Shown here piece after piece: positions 1 to 11,911 of a stretch of DNA of 64,000 nucleotides. Source of the stretch: Podarcis bocagei (Eukaryota). The stretch lies in the NCBI GenBank assembly GCA_964188305.1, contig OZ076899.1, one strand, 5' to 3'. Under the pieces are notes generated by a model, which had not been told where the DNA came from, did no database searches, and worked only from the letters and a program-made list of their open reading frames with translations. The stretch's first letter is position 1. The number at the start of each line of letters is the position of its first letter. The position numbers and the translations under genes were made by a program.

Positions 1-121
1 CCTGCCCCGCCCCCGGCTGGAGTGACCTGATGGGAGAGAGCCTATGGGGTACCAGCTGCTCCCCCCTCGCTGTGACCCAGAGTGGGGAGAGAGCCTTGGC
101 CAGTTCCCCCCTCTCTTTAGG

Positions 122-154
122 CTGCTTGCCTGCTTGCTTGCCTGCCTGCCTGCC
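122..154 (+). repeat. (TGCY)n tetranucleotide repeat
   Basis: ctgcttgcctgcttgcttgcctgcctgcctgcc seen directly. Confidence 0.85.
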
Positions 155-1416
155 CTCCAGTTCTCCCACCCCCAGGCAACAGGTCTTGCTGGGCAGTGTG
201 AGTTCAGAGGAGGGGAGGTGCCTCTCTCTTTTCTTTGGGGTCTTTGCCTCTGCCGGGGTGTCTGGCTCTTGCCTGACTGCAGGAGGTCTTGGCTGGCCCT
301 GGGCAGGCTTGGAGGTGTCTGGTGGGTGGAAATTGGGGTGGGGGAAGCTGCTCACAGCCCCTTGGGGAAGGTTTTCTTTCAGAGTAAAACATGCTAATTG
401 CATTAGAGAGATTTCCAACTCTTTTTGCTTCTGGAAAAGACAGGTTCCTTCTGTTTCTGCTTGCTAAAGTAGAGGGCTGCAAACTCCTTCTAAGCCTCAA
501 TCATCTCCCTTTCCTTTGTGCTTATTGTCACTTTCTTCTTTGCTTCCCTCTTCTGTTATTTGCCAGCTAGCAAAAAGTCTTGCTTAAATCACTGGAGGGA
601 CCAGTTGGAAGACAGGGCTGATTGTAAACTCCAAGCCTCATATTTGGTGCTTCTGTAGTTCTACAATTTATTCATTTAAATTTATTCATTTCATTTTATT
701 CATTTAAATTGGGCTTTTTGGTTTCTAGGAGTTAAAAGCAAGGTTTTAAAAACCAGTCTATGGTGCTTGAGTGCATTTCTCTCCTCAGTAGAGCTGAGGA
801 ATATCCCTGCCTCCCCTGTGGCTGGCTGCCAGTGGAGGGGCACCCCCACATTTTGCTCAGTGGAGTCCTTTGCATCCCATGTGAGGTTTGAGAATGAGCG
901 GTGGAGGGACTCTGAGGAGGAGGGGCAGCCCAGAGCTGCGAGGGGGGGGGGGCGAGGAGCAAGAGACTCAAAGGCTGTAGGCTTACATGCCCCTTCCTTG
1001 CATGCCGAACAGCAAGGCCAACTTCTCCTCCTGACTGGCTATTTCTGCCTGGGGGAGGGTTTCTTCCAAATGGGGGCTTCCCTTAGGGACATCTGGTGGG
1101 CCACTGTGGGAAGAGGATACCGGGTCCTTTGGGTTCTTCTGATGATTTTATGGAAACTGAATTGGTGCTGACCAGACGATGCTTCTGCCAAATGTCTCAA
1201 AGGGCCTTCAGGTGCCCAGAAAGTGTTTGCCTGTGTTGTCTCTGAAGTTGGAACAGAGTTTGCTCCACGGCGGGTGGTGCTGGCAGCTGTCCTCCCTCCC
1301 CATGCTCTTCCATGGTCCAGGCTGGGCTCCCCCCCCTTCTCTTCCCCTCTCTGTTGCCTTGGCTTTGGCTCTGCTGTGCCCCTCCCCCACTCACCCTTTG
1401 TGGCCCCTCCCCCCAG

Positions 1417-1599
1417 ATGAGCTGGAAGGCCCCTGCGGGCGGCTGCTGCTGCGCCACTTTTCCTCTGACTTTGCCGCCAGCCAGCCTGCCTCCCTCCTGG
1501 ATGCCGCCCTGGCACATCACCTCCGCCAGTGCTCCTACCACTTCCGCCTCTTCCGGGACTGGCTGGTCTCTGGCCGGGGGGACCTGGAGAGCCTCGACG
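1417..1599 (+). CDS. PPIP5K1: PPIP5K1 probable alternative (cassette) exon, 183 nt
   Basis: Polypyrimidine tract plus ccccag acceptor, G|gtacgg donor, phase 1-1. Encodes ELEGPCGRLLLRHFSSDFAASQPASLLDAALAHHLRQCSYHFRLFRDWLVSGRGDLESLD. Confidence 0.7.
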
Positions 1600-4500
1600 G
1601 TACGGCATGGCACTGCATGGTGCCTTGGGGGCCTCCTTGGCTGGGCCCTCCCTGCCCAGGGGGTCCCTGTGGCTCTGCCTCTTCAGGGGCTGCTTCCTTC
1701 CCTCCCCTGCCCAGCTGCCCTTTGCCTGGAGGAGGCCAGCCAGGAAACCTCTTCTCTTGTCCTGCCGATTCTTTCTCCGCTCCTCTTCACCGGGCTACAG
1801 CAATGTTAAAACACAACGTTAAAAAAACAGCTAAATTCCTGGCTACCTAGAAAGGCTGCGAGCCCTGGTGGGTCTCGCTTGCCCCTTGCCCACCCCCATG
1901 GAAGCCGGGCAACTGAGGAAGGGCTGCCCCTGCTGCCGCCGCTGCTGCCGCCGCTTCTTTGCATGAGGTTTGGTTTGGCTTCTGGGGGCCCCCCCCCAGG
2001 TCCTGGGCGTTGTCTCCCCAGCCAGCCCAGGCTGTTCTGCACCTGGTGCCAAAACCCTTGCAGAGTGTGCATGTGTGGGTGTGGGAATTGTGTTGCATGG
2101 GCAAAGCAGCTTCCCTGCCCCACAACCTGCCAAGGGGGAGCAGTGTGGGACTTGAAGGATGGAGGGCTCTTGGGCAGGCCCATAGGGACCCTCCCTTTCT
2201 CTTTCCCACCCTGGCACACAGGCCCAGCCACTCCCTGCATGGCTTTGAGCACTGGGCTGGGCTTTCTTCCCAGGAGGCCAAAGCTTGATTTTAGGGCAAA
2301 GCTGCCCAGGTGGCTCTTGACTGGGAACCTGCAGGTGGGGGAGGTTGGCAGCTGCCTGCAAGATGCCTGGCTTGTCTTCCAGAGGAGTCTACTGCTTGGG
2401 TCATTGCAGACCAACACTGCCCAGGAATAGCCTTATTCCTTCTGTCTGTCCCTGCGTGATGGCCAGGCTGGTTTGTGTTCCACTATAAGGGCAGCTCAGC
2501 AGGAAAGAGGACCAGGCCTCCCCTCCCTTTGGCCTGCGTCTTCTTGGCGGGAGCTTCTCTTCCACTGGCGCCGTTCCCTTCCTGGGGAGAGGAGGCTCAC
2601 TTGCAGGCTCCTTTCACAACCCTGCCTTATTTGCAGCACAAGTTTAAAAGCCAGCAGCTCTTTTGGACTGGTGCAAAGCGCCCCCCCCCCCGAATGGTGC
2701 TCAGCATCCAAGAGAGGAACAGTTTCAGGTTTGTGTATAATTTGCACAGTGGCTTCCTAAGAGTTTCTTGGGTCATAAATGCAGATTTTGCAGCTTCAGA
2801 AAATTGGCTCAGCTCCCCTTAAGACGGTTGAATGTTGGTTTGTGATGCCAGAATTTGTTAGCGGATGTTCCGCTGGTTTGACCGACGTAAGGCACTGGAG
2901 TCCAGGCTTCCTTACCTGATGCAGCCCTTTCCCTTCCACGCAGACCCACTAGAGTATTGCTGAGCATTCTGCAGCATCCTCTGCTCAGGTGCTGCAGCGG
3001 CAAAAGCCACCTCCTGGATTGGGGACCTAAACAGCCTGCAGGTGGGAGGCAGCTCCTGAGCAGCTATTTGCAGACTGTATAGCCCTAAGCCATGAGGGCC
3101 TTGACTCCAGAGCTCAGTGCATGGTGGGGCTGGCTGACTGACAAGGGGCAGGGGGCTCTGGACCCCCAACTCCTCTGGAAGTGCAGCGGCCTCTCCCGAG
3201 GCCCAGTGTTAGAAACTGAAAAATGAAAGCTAGGAGCTAAATGGCACCTTAAACCTAGGTTATGGGCACAACAACGGAATGTCTAGGACTAGGTACATTT
3301 TTTCAATAACAAGAATGCAAATCTGAAAATGAACGAACTGCAGCTAAAATATTATGTTCATTTTTCACATGGTCTAGTCCTTCCCCTGCTCACCCCCCCC
3401 TAATATTCTTAAGAGGGTTTCTTCTCCAGTCTTCAGAGAGTAGCTGGAAGTGGGGAGGCAGAAAAAGGTCCGTTGCTTCCACTCTGCAGTTTTAATCTGA
3501 AATCTTAGGCACAGTACTGCACCCAAAGCTCAGAACTGCTCGTGCTAATGAAATTCCCTGTCAAAAAAATGTGCCTAGAACAATTGGAGTTTCGAACACT
3601 GTTCAGGCCCAACCGCTCTGCCCTTCTTATCCCTTCCTGGCCAAGCTTTCGTCCCAGCCCAGCTTGGAGCAGGCTTTGTGTGGGGCGCAGGCTGCATAAA
3701 AGTACAGGTCCACAGGGTGGGTGTGGGGGGTGATACTGGAAAGGGAGCAAGGAACCAAGTGTGTGTGTCTGTTGTGTGGAGAACAAAGCGGTGACCTGCT
3801 CTAAAATTTTCAGAAATGCTTTATAAGAAAAGAATGAGCAAACTGTTGTTGATGGGACATTTCAGAAACAGAGTGGTGGGGGCAGGGGCTTCATCCTTCC
3901 CTTCCATGGGAACCAGGAGGCAGGAAGCTGAGGTTGTACAGTATATCCCTAACCCTAACGCTCTCCCTCTCCCATCTGCTGGAATAGCTCCAGGGTTAGA
4001 AATGCCAGTTCACCCAGCAGGGGTAACACAGACTGAGAATGGCTGCCCAAAGGTTGGGGAGGCTGGGGCTACCATCACCAGGACCAGTTACGGCGCACCA
4101 CTAGAGTCCCTGGGCAAATTGGTTTTGAAGTTTGTCGCATCACCTCTAACAGCCCCCTAGGCAGGTCGAGAAGAGCCTTTGGGAGTCTGTTCAGGGCTCC
4201 AGGTGCCAAGGAAGGACTTTCCCTTCCCCAGGGACAGGGAGGAGCAGCAGCCAGGCAGCGGGAAGGTGGGCTAGGTGAGCTCCAGGTTTTCCTCCCAGCC
4301 CCTGCGTGCTTTTGCTTCTGAGATGCTGGGCTGGGTCTGGCCTGCTCTTTGGTGTGTTTTTGGGGCTCCATGCCTGTGGCTCGAGGGGGACATTGGGGCT
4401 TATTTTGGGCGTCTGGTGGGGAGGCAGCCGCCACTGAGTTTTCTCCTCTGCAGAGGTCCTTGACGCTGGGTGGGGGGTCTGCTCTGCCTGCAGGCTTTGA

Positions 4501-6424
4501 AGGCTGCTCCATGGTGCCCAGCATCTACCCCTTGGAGACCCTGCACAACTCGCTCTCCCTGCGCCAGGTCAACAGCTTCCTGACGACCGTCTCCAGGACC
4601 TGCAGCACCAGCACTCCCCACTCAGGAGCTGCCCCAGGTACCATCAGAGGCAGGCAGGTTGGGCGCTATGCTGGGGTCCCGGGTGGCCACCCCCTCAAAC
4701 TGAGCCCCCTTCTGCCCCAGGGCTTCCTGCAGGGCAGCACCCATGTTTTCCAAAGCAGCTTTGCCCAGCTGTGTAGAAGCAACACATTTCACTGCACGCA
4801 GAAATAGAATACCCGTTTTCTGGGGTGCCACCACCGAAAGGGCATCCCATCTCAGCACGGAGACCCTTTGGTGTCTTGGTATTGCAGCTGCATGAGCTAA
4901 GGAGCTGCAGGATATTGGAGAGAAGCCCTTAATCAGCGAAGGAAAGCTTGAGAGTGAAGAAGACATTTATGTTTACTGAGAAGTATGTGATAGATGAGCA
5001 GAATTTGGCTAAAATAGGAGAAGTGTGGGGGCTGGCCTAGGCTGGGGAAACACCTGGGGGCTTCGACAGAAGTGCCTTCCTGGTCACCAGGAAAGCCCCA
5101 GGCCCCTCAAAGGTTAGCCTGAGCAAGGGGCATCTTTGACTCCAAGGTGGGGGTGGGCAGAAGGGGTGGTGCCCAGAAGCAGGCCCTTGCCAGGGGGCTC
5201 ACAGTGTTGTCCTCCTTCTCTGTCCTGCAGCGCTCTTGGACTCCCTGATGGAGAGCCAGGGGCCAGGCGAGGACTTGACGCCGCAGCAGATTCTCTCCTC
5301 TTCTCTGCCTCTGCGCCCCCGCTCAGACAAGCCCCCCTGGTGTAAGTAGGCACGGGGCTTGGGAGGGAGGAGCAGTTTGATGGAATAGACTCGGAGGAAC
5401 AGAAGGCAAGGCTGCCCAAGGGGACCTTACAGGCCTTTGGGGTGGTCTTTGTGCCAGCAGGAGGAATCCCAGCCAATGGGAACAGAAGGAGCGGGGGCTA
5501 GGGGTGGCAGCAGCAGCAGGTAGGTAGACTGGGCTGGTTGCAAGGTTGCCAGGGGCCCTCAGCCCAGACCTTCCTGGTGCTTGGAGTTGGTCAGGGCAGC
5601 ATATCTGTCTGTGGGGGAGCCTCCCTGCGGGCTGCACAGGATGAGACCCTCACCCTAACTTTGCTTGGGGCAATATGCACCCCCACCCCGCCCGGATTGT
5701 GTGGCTACTATTAGATGCTGCCCTGGGATCCTCCTGGCATTCTTCAGGGTGGGACAGTTGCCAGGTCCTGTGCCCAAAGCTGTGACGGTGCCAAGGAAGG
5801 GGTTTGCAAGGAGCTTGGGGGGCATTCTTAGCACCTCATCCCCCCCCATGACCACCTCGTTCTGATTGCCTTGCAGACAGCAGCGGCCCCTCCAGCACCG
5901 TCTCCAGCGCAGGCCCTTCGTCGCCCACCTCCTCTGTGGAGAGCTGCCCCCGCTTCAGCTTCGTCTCTCAGACCAGCAAGGAGCGGCTGGCAGGGCCCAT
6001 GGAGGGGAGCCAGCCGGGCAACAACGGAGCCTTCAGGGAGAAGGGAGATGAACAGAGCCTTGCCAGGAAAGCCTCAGCACAGGAGGAGAAGGAGGAGACA
6101 GAGTCTGGCGGGCAGGCAGCCACAACCATACTGCAGAAGGGACTGGAGGGAGGGGAGGAGGCTGCCTCACCCCAGGAGGAAGAGGAGGTGGCGGCTGTGG
6201 TGACGGGGGAAGAGAGTGAGCAGCTGCCCGCAGCACTGGAGCTGCTGGAAGTTGGGAGCAGCAGAGGTGCAAGGGAAGGGCAGGCAAGTGAAGGACGGAG
6301 GGAGCTGGACCTGCCAGAGGAGGAGGAAGAGGAGGCGGCGGCAGCAGCGGAAACTGGCTCAGGAGAGGCCACCTGGGAGGAGGCCCTGCTCAGTCCCTTT
6401 CTCCCGGTTGGGGAAAGCACTTAG
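1417..6424 (+). CDS. PPIP5K1: PPIP5K1 (InsP6/PP-InsP5 kinase 1), 3' part only; exons 1417-1599, 4494-4637, 5231-5341, 5877-6424 (stop)
   Basis: Spliced peptide GFEGCSMVPSIYPLETLHNSLSLRQV...RSDKPPW/YSSGPSSTVSSAGPSSPT matches the recalled vertebrate PPIP5K1 C-terminal region. All junctions are AG/GT and phase 1. Synteny with MAP1A and TP53BP1 as at human 15q15. Confidence 0.92.
4494..4637 (+). CDS. PPIP5K1: PPIP5K1 exon (GFEGCSMVPSIYPLETLHNSLSLRQ...)
   Basis: ctgcag acceptor, G|gtacc donor, 144 nt, conserved peptide. Confidence 0.92.
5231..5341 (+). CDS. PPIP5K1: PPIP5K1 penultimate exon (ALLDSLMESQ...RSDKPPW)
   Basis: ctgcag acceptor, T|gtaagt donor, 111 nt, phase 1-1. Confidence 0.88.
5877..6424 (+). 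CDS. PPIP5K1: PPIP5K1 last coding exon (YSSGPSSTVSSAGPSSPT..., Glu-rich tail, TAG)
   Basis: ttgcag acceptor; in frame with ORF 5936..6424. Confidence 0.88.
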
Positions 6425-7066
6425 GCAGGAGAGGCCTGCTGCCAACTGAGGCTGCCCTAGTGGGAACCTTTCTTGCCCCTCCAGGAGGCTGCCTGCCTGA
6501 GCCAGGGCCCCCGTCTTGCTCGGAGTCCACCTGGCGGGGATGGGCTCTGTACCAGCAGAAGTTGGGGCTGTTCCCCACTTCTGGGACATGAGCCTCACTG
6601 GCCCAGCCAGGATGGCCTTCTTTCTCCAAAGTGTCTGGCTGCAGCTGCGCAGAGTGGGGGGAGACTTGAAGAGACACCCTCCCCCAAGTGGTGTCCCCCT
6701 GGCTGTCTGAGTGCGAGAACTGAAGAGGTCTTCCTTGCTGGCGGCAGCGGTGGGGGTGGGAGGCTCTCAGTGGGGGGGAGGTCCTCCAATCCTGCTGGCC
6801 ATTGCCAGGGTACAAAGCTGCTTTGGAAAAATCAGGTTTTCTTAGAAACACGTGGATGAGATGCCAAATGGTGTACAGTGCAGAGCAAATATTTAATATA
6901 TTATTCGTGCTGGCAGGTGGAGGGGGCTGCTGGAGGTCCCCACTCCCCCACCCCCGCTCCATGGCCAGGCATGTGTCGCCCGTGGTTCAGATGTGTCTGT
7001 GTTTCTCTTGCGAGGGATTGTACAGCCGTCCCCTGGAGTCCTCCTTGTGCTGCATTTTGTGCGTGG

Positions 7067-7072
7067 AGTAAA
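7067..7072 (+). terminator. candidate variant poly(A) signal AGTAAA for PPIP5K1
   Basis: Variant hexamer about 640 nt after the stop, followed about 30 nt later by a GT-rich tract (gtggcttgtgtgtgtctcttt). Confidence 0.3.
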
Positions 7073-9295
7073 ACGCCGACACTCCCAAGACGGGTGGCTT
7101 GTGTGTGTCTCTTTGGAGGGAGCCGCTTGGGGGTCTCTTGGTGTGCCTTTGTGCGGGGGCAGCTTGGGGGGTCCGGGAGGAGGAGGAGGAGGCTGCACAG
7201 AACAGGGCTAAGCTGGCAAGAATTCCTGAAGTACAGCTGTCCTGCACATTGAGAGGCCGCCTTGCTGCACAGTATAGAGGGGATTCCTTAGGCAGAATTG
7301 GCAGCTGCACTAGAAAGGACTTAAAATGCCCCTGCTGGCTCAGGCCAGCGGAAGCCCATCTAGCCCAGTGTCTTGTTCTCACAGTAGCCAACCAAGTGCC
7401 CCAGTGGAAAGCTTGCAAGCAGGACCCGAGCACTGTTTCCTCCTGTCGTTTCCAGCAAGGGCTATATAACTGCTAAGAGAAGCTGCAGAAACACAAAAGG
7501 AGGGTGTCTGAAAACCCTTGCAGGTCTGTTTGTGTGAGAAGGAAGCAGTCTTTCTTGAGGCAGGGGCATTTTGCTCAAAGAGGACAGCTTGGCCACCATC
7601 GCAACATCTGGGTGGTTGGTGGAACATGTTTTTGAAGTGAAAATTACAAAGCATCATATAGAACAAGGGGAGCCAACACGCTCCCTTACAGATGTTTTTG
7701 GACGCCAATTCTTTTTGGCTCCATGTAGCCTGCCTGACACATCTGGGATGTTGGGAGTTCTTCCAGTTGAACAACATGGGGGGGCACTAAATTGACTACC
7801 CCAATATGGACGAACAAATATGGCCTTGCTAGACTTTTGGAGTTCTTTTTAGCATGTCAACAAACACGTGGATCCTGCATACTTGTATTTTCAGTAAGAC
7901 TTTAACAGACGCTTGCCAAAGGCTCCTGAGCAAATTTAGCAGCCTTGGGGTGAGAGGACAGCTCTTCTTTATAGGTCAGGAACTGGTTAAACAACACAAA
8001 ACGGAGAGTAGGAATAAACCTGCAATTCTCAGAGGGGAGGGATTCTCTCCTCCCCCAACTCCTACAAGGCAAGGGCCTGCACTGGTGCTGGTGCTTTTTA
8101 ATTTCTCCCTCTGGAGGTTGGAAGGAGCAGCCACCTTAGATGCCGTTTTGGTGTGGGGTTTTTTGTTTTTTTTTAGTGTGTGTGGGTATGTAAAATCAAA
8201 CTATATTGTGCAGCACCCTAAATGGTTCTCTCCAGGTTTGGTGAATGGGCAAGAAAATGGCAAATGCTGCCCAATGTAAATGTAAATTGATATGCAAAGA
8301 ACAGAACAAAAACTATGCATGCTGCCATGGTTATCAAGGAAATACATATGGAATACTGTGTGCAGTTCTGATCTACCCCACTGAATTGAAACACCTTCAT
8401 GCAAGGAAAGACAAATATTGGTGACTCTTTAGTTTGGAGGGGGAAGGCAATTAATGAAATGGACTGAACTAGATTCGGGATGAGTGAGAAGAAAAAATTG
8501 CACATAATCGGTTGTGATGGGGATACAGAATTTCACAGGTTCAGAGGTGGGATTCAACAAGCACAGTTGCAGGAGGCAGCTCTTTCCCTCACCTTGAGGG
8601 TCTCCCAGCTGTCTGGCCTGTGTTGGTGGCCCAGCTAGAAGGTTGCTCTGCTCTTGCACTCTTTGTTGGTGTTCCATACCTACAAGGGAAACCAGTTGTT
8701 TTCTAGGGTGCCATTCTCTTCTGGATTCTTTTGCTCTGGACTAGGTGACCCTTGGGTACCTTCCGACTCTTAAGATTCTGTGATTCTATGGCTCATGAGG
8801 AACGTTACACAGACAGAGGCCAAATCCTTGTTCCTGTGCTGCAAACATCAAACCTGAGCAGTTTTCTGGAAATGCCGTTTTGAACAAAAGGTATGTGGAC
8901 AACAAAGCAGGTTGTTCTGTTCATTCCCCACCAAGCAAAAAAGGAGATAAACTTTTTGGCCTGCCCTCCCCTGACCCCTTTAGGCCTCTGCTGTGTGGGG
9001 TGAGGGAAGCAGCAGGAGCAAGGCCCAGGCAGGCAGGCAGGCAGCTGCTCTGGAATGCCCCCAGAGGGGCTTTGAGGGAACAGAGCAGCCCTTCTCCTTC
9101 CCTTGACCTATGGAGCTCAATGCCATTGGGCCGGAGAGACACTGGGTCATGGATGCTGGCGGAGGAGCAGAAGCCCAGCTCCAAAAGGCTGGAAGAGACT
9201 CGGCGGTGGGTGGAGGATCAGGGCTGGGCACTTTGCCAGTGCATCAGTCAGTCGAAGCAGGACAGGAGCCCCTTCTGAGTCGCAGTTAATGTGGC

Positions 9296-9301
9296 TTTAT
9301 T
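9296..9301 (-). terminator. MAP1A poly(A) signal AATAAA
   Basis: TTTATT on + strand about 2.45 kb downstream of the MAP1A stop codon. Confidence 0.6.
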
Positions 9302-10348
9302 GGTTAGTGCAGGCCCCTCCATTTACAATCATTAGAATTACAGAGAGTTGCACACAGAAATGCGAGGGGAGGGGGAAGAGGAAACTCAGGACCTTGGATT
9401 GTACATAACATGGAGGAGAGGAGGATGGCAGGGGGAGCACTGGGCTCTATTTATACAACATTCAGTAGCAACGGGAGCTGGCCTAGAAGTCCTTCTCGCC
9501 GCTGCTGCCTTTGAGAAAGGTCCCCATGAGCATGACGCAGCAAAGGAGGAATTGCGTGCTGGGGCCCCCATGCAGGAACAAGCAGAAGCAGGAGCTCAAT
9601 GTCTTTCTCGGCATTTCTTTCCTGGGCTCCCCAACGGTCCCTCTGGGTGGGGGGTGGTGGGATTGCTAATGGAGCTCAGTCTGGGTGCATTATAAACAGC
9701 AGTTTTTACAAGGTTTGCCGTAGAATGTGAAGAAGGGAGATGCTGAAGCCAGCTTCAAAACTACAAATTTTGGGGAAGGACTCAAGCTGGTTGGGTGGGG
9801 AAATTGGGGTTGTGGAGAGCAGATCATTGAGTAACCATGGGGCAGGGAGGGATGTGGGGGAAGATATTCCCCTGAAGTACTTTCTCCTCTGATGGAGCAG
9901 TGGGTCTAAATCCCACTGGCCCCTGCTTCAAGTTTTAAGATAGACACATTCATAGGTGGGTTAGCGCAGCAGCTTGTCTGTCCAGGCCCAGAGACCCACC
10001 ACCTCTGCTGCTGGGCCTGAGCATACATGGCTTGTAGGCACTGGTCTCTGGCTGCGGCCTCATCACAAGCCATGAGGGCAAGTCCAAGACCCAAACCATA
10101 ATGGATAAGCTCAACAGGAAAGCAACAATTGGGCTTGCTGGGCCCCTTCCTGCAGGGCAGGGAGCTGGAGCATGGAACTGAGCCCCTGGAGGCTGCAGAA
10201 CCAAATGCCAGGGGGAAGGCAGGGGGGCAGGGGCTTGTCTATCATCTGTCAAGCTTACTGCATTTAGAAATGTGATGTTTACCCTGTGCCCTGAAACCCA
10301 GAAGCCTTCACTGTGGTGATGGCAGCTCACAGTAAAAATATTTTAAAT

Positions 10349-10391
10349 ACACACACACACACACACACACGCACACACACACACACACACA
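10349..10391. repeat. (CA)n microsatellite, (UG)n in the MAP1A 3'UTR
   Basis: About 21 AC units with one interruption. Confidence 0.95.
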
Positions 10392-11755
10392 GCATACACA
10401 GTTCCAATAAAAGGTCAGTTCCAATTACAACCCAAAGAAACCCAAAATAAATATATAGACAAGTGACCAGAAAAATAGTTCCTATGGGATTCTCCCCAGC
10501 TCCACTTTTTCTTTTCTTTTTTCCGTTTTTGCCAGTCTGATGGCAGGAACAATTTAGACCAGCTAAGAGGGCTGAGCACATTCTTTCCTAGACCAAGAGC
10601 CACACCCAAAGACTCGGTAAGGCTTTTTCAGAGCTTGCCCAAAGCTTCACACCCATGATTTGTGACTTCCCAAGTGTGCTCTGCCCTCTCCCTCCCTGTG
10701 GCTACAATGTGCTGGGCCATCAGCCCTGGCTTTGCCAGCAGCACAGAGGACAAAAACGGGGCCCCTCACTGTGGCTGCTGACAGCTTGAAGGGCCTCTAA
10801 CGCTATCTGCAATAGCTGCGAGGAGAATGGCAGTGCATGCGGGGAGCCTGCAAACACCCCCTTCACTTGGTTTGGCCCTCAGTTCTAGCAAACGGGAGGA
10901 AAGGATGTCCTTGTATGTGCAGCAGTGCCAGCTCCATCCCCAGAGGGATCCAATCCCCACGCACCTACCCCAATTTCCCCCCTTCTAGCCACCGTTTTGC
11001 TCACAGGGAAATACTGGGACTTTATAAACATGATCCTCCTCCAAAGGGCACAGTCACTTGGCAGGGGCCAGCTTCGCCTCTGGCACTGCTGAAGATGCAG
11101 TATTTGGCATTTTCTAACTGCAGAGCTGAAGGGCTTCTCTGCAATGTACTCCTTGGTGCGCCAGGCTGGATTCTTTTTCCAGCACAGCTTTGGCAGAGTG
11201 TTGGGGGGCAGGCAAGCCGGTTTCCACTTTTCTGTGTCATCATCTCCTCCTCCCAGCTCAGTTCTCACTTCACACCTGAGAGGCAGAGGAATGGTGTCTC
11301 TCTTTCTCTTCCTGCTCTCGTCCTCCTTTTTACTGGTCTCTTGTGCTGCTTCCATCTGAAGCTACCCCGTGGGCTAAGTCGGACAAAGTTCTGGAGGTCA
11401 GAAGAGCCCTCAGGCAAGGAAGCGGGGAGGGAGGGGGCAGCGCTTTCGCAAGCAGCATCAAAGCAGCTGAATTATTCTACAGCAATGACGGAGGCAGCAA
11501 AATAAATCTGGAAAAGTGAAGCAGCTCCCAAGAGGGTCCCTCCACTCCACACACATCCAGGCATGCTGGACACGTCCTGGGCATGGTGGCAAACAAGAGC
11601 CACGTGCAGGCAGCATGTGCCCAGCAAATCCAGACCACATTTGGGACAGGAAGGAGACTTGCGCTGTGAGTAGATGGATCTCCCAGTGCTGCATGGGGTG
11701 GGGGGTGGGGAAGGCGGATGGACGGATGAGACGCGCTGCTGCAGCCAGGGGGGCC

Positions 11756-11911
11756 TCAGAACTCGATCTTGCATGCAGGAAAGGACTCATCCTGCATCAC
11801 CACTGTGCTGCTGCTGGCCAGGACCATGATGCTTAGCTCCTGCTGCTTCTCGTGGGTCTGTTGGTACCATTCCCGGGTCACTTCCGTGTCGTGTGTTGGG
11901 ATGAGAGTCAC
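11756..11911 (-). CDS. MAP1A: MAP1A exon 7 coding part (VTLIPTHDTEVTREWY...CKIEF*)
   Basis: cctcag acceptor, TGA at 11758-11756. Confidence 0.96.
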   Translation of the reverse strand: MTLIPTHDTEVTREWYQQTHEKQQELSIMVLASSSTVVMQDESFPACKIEF

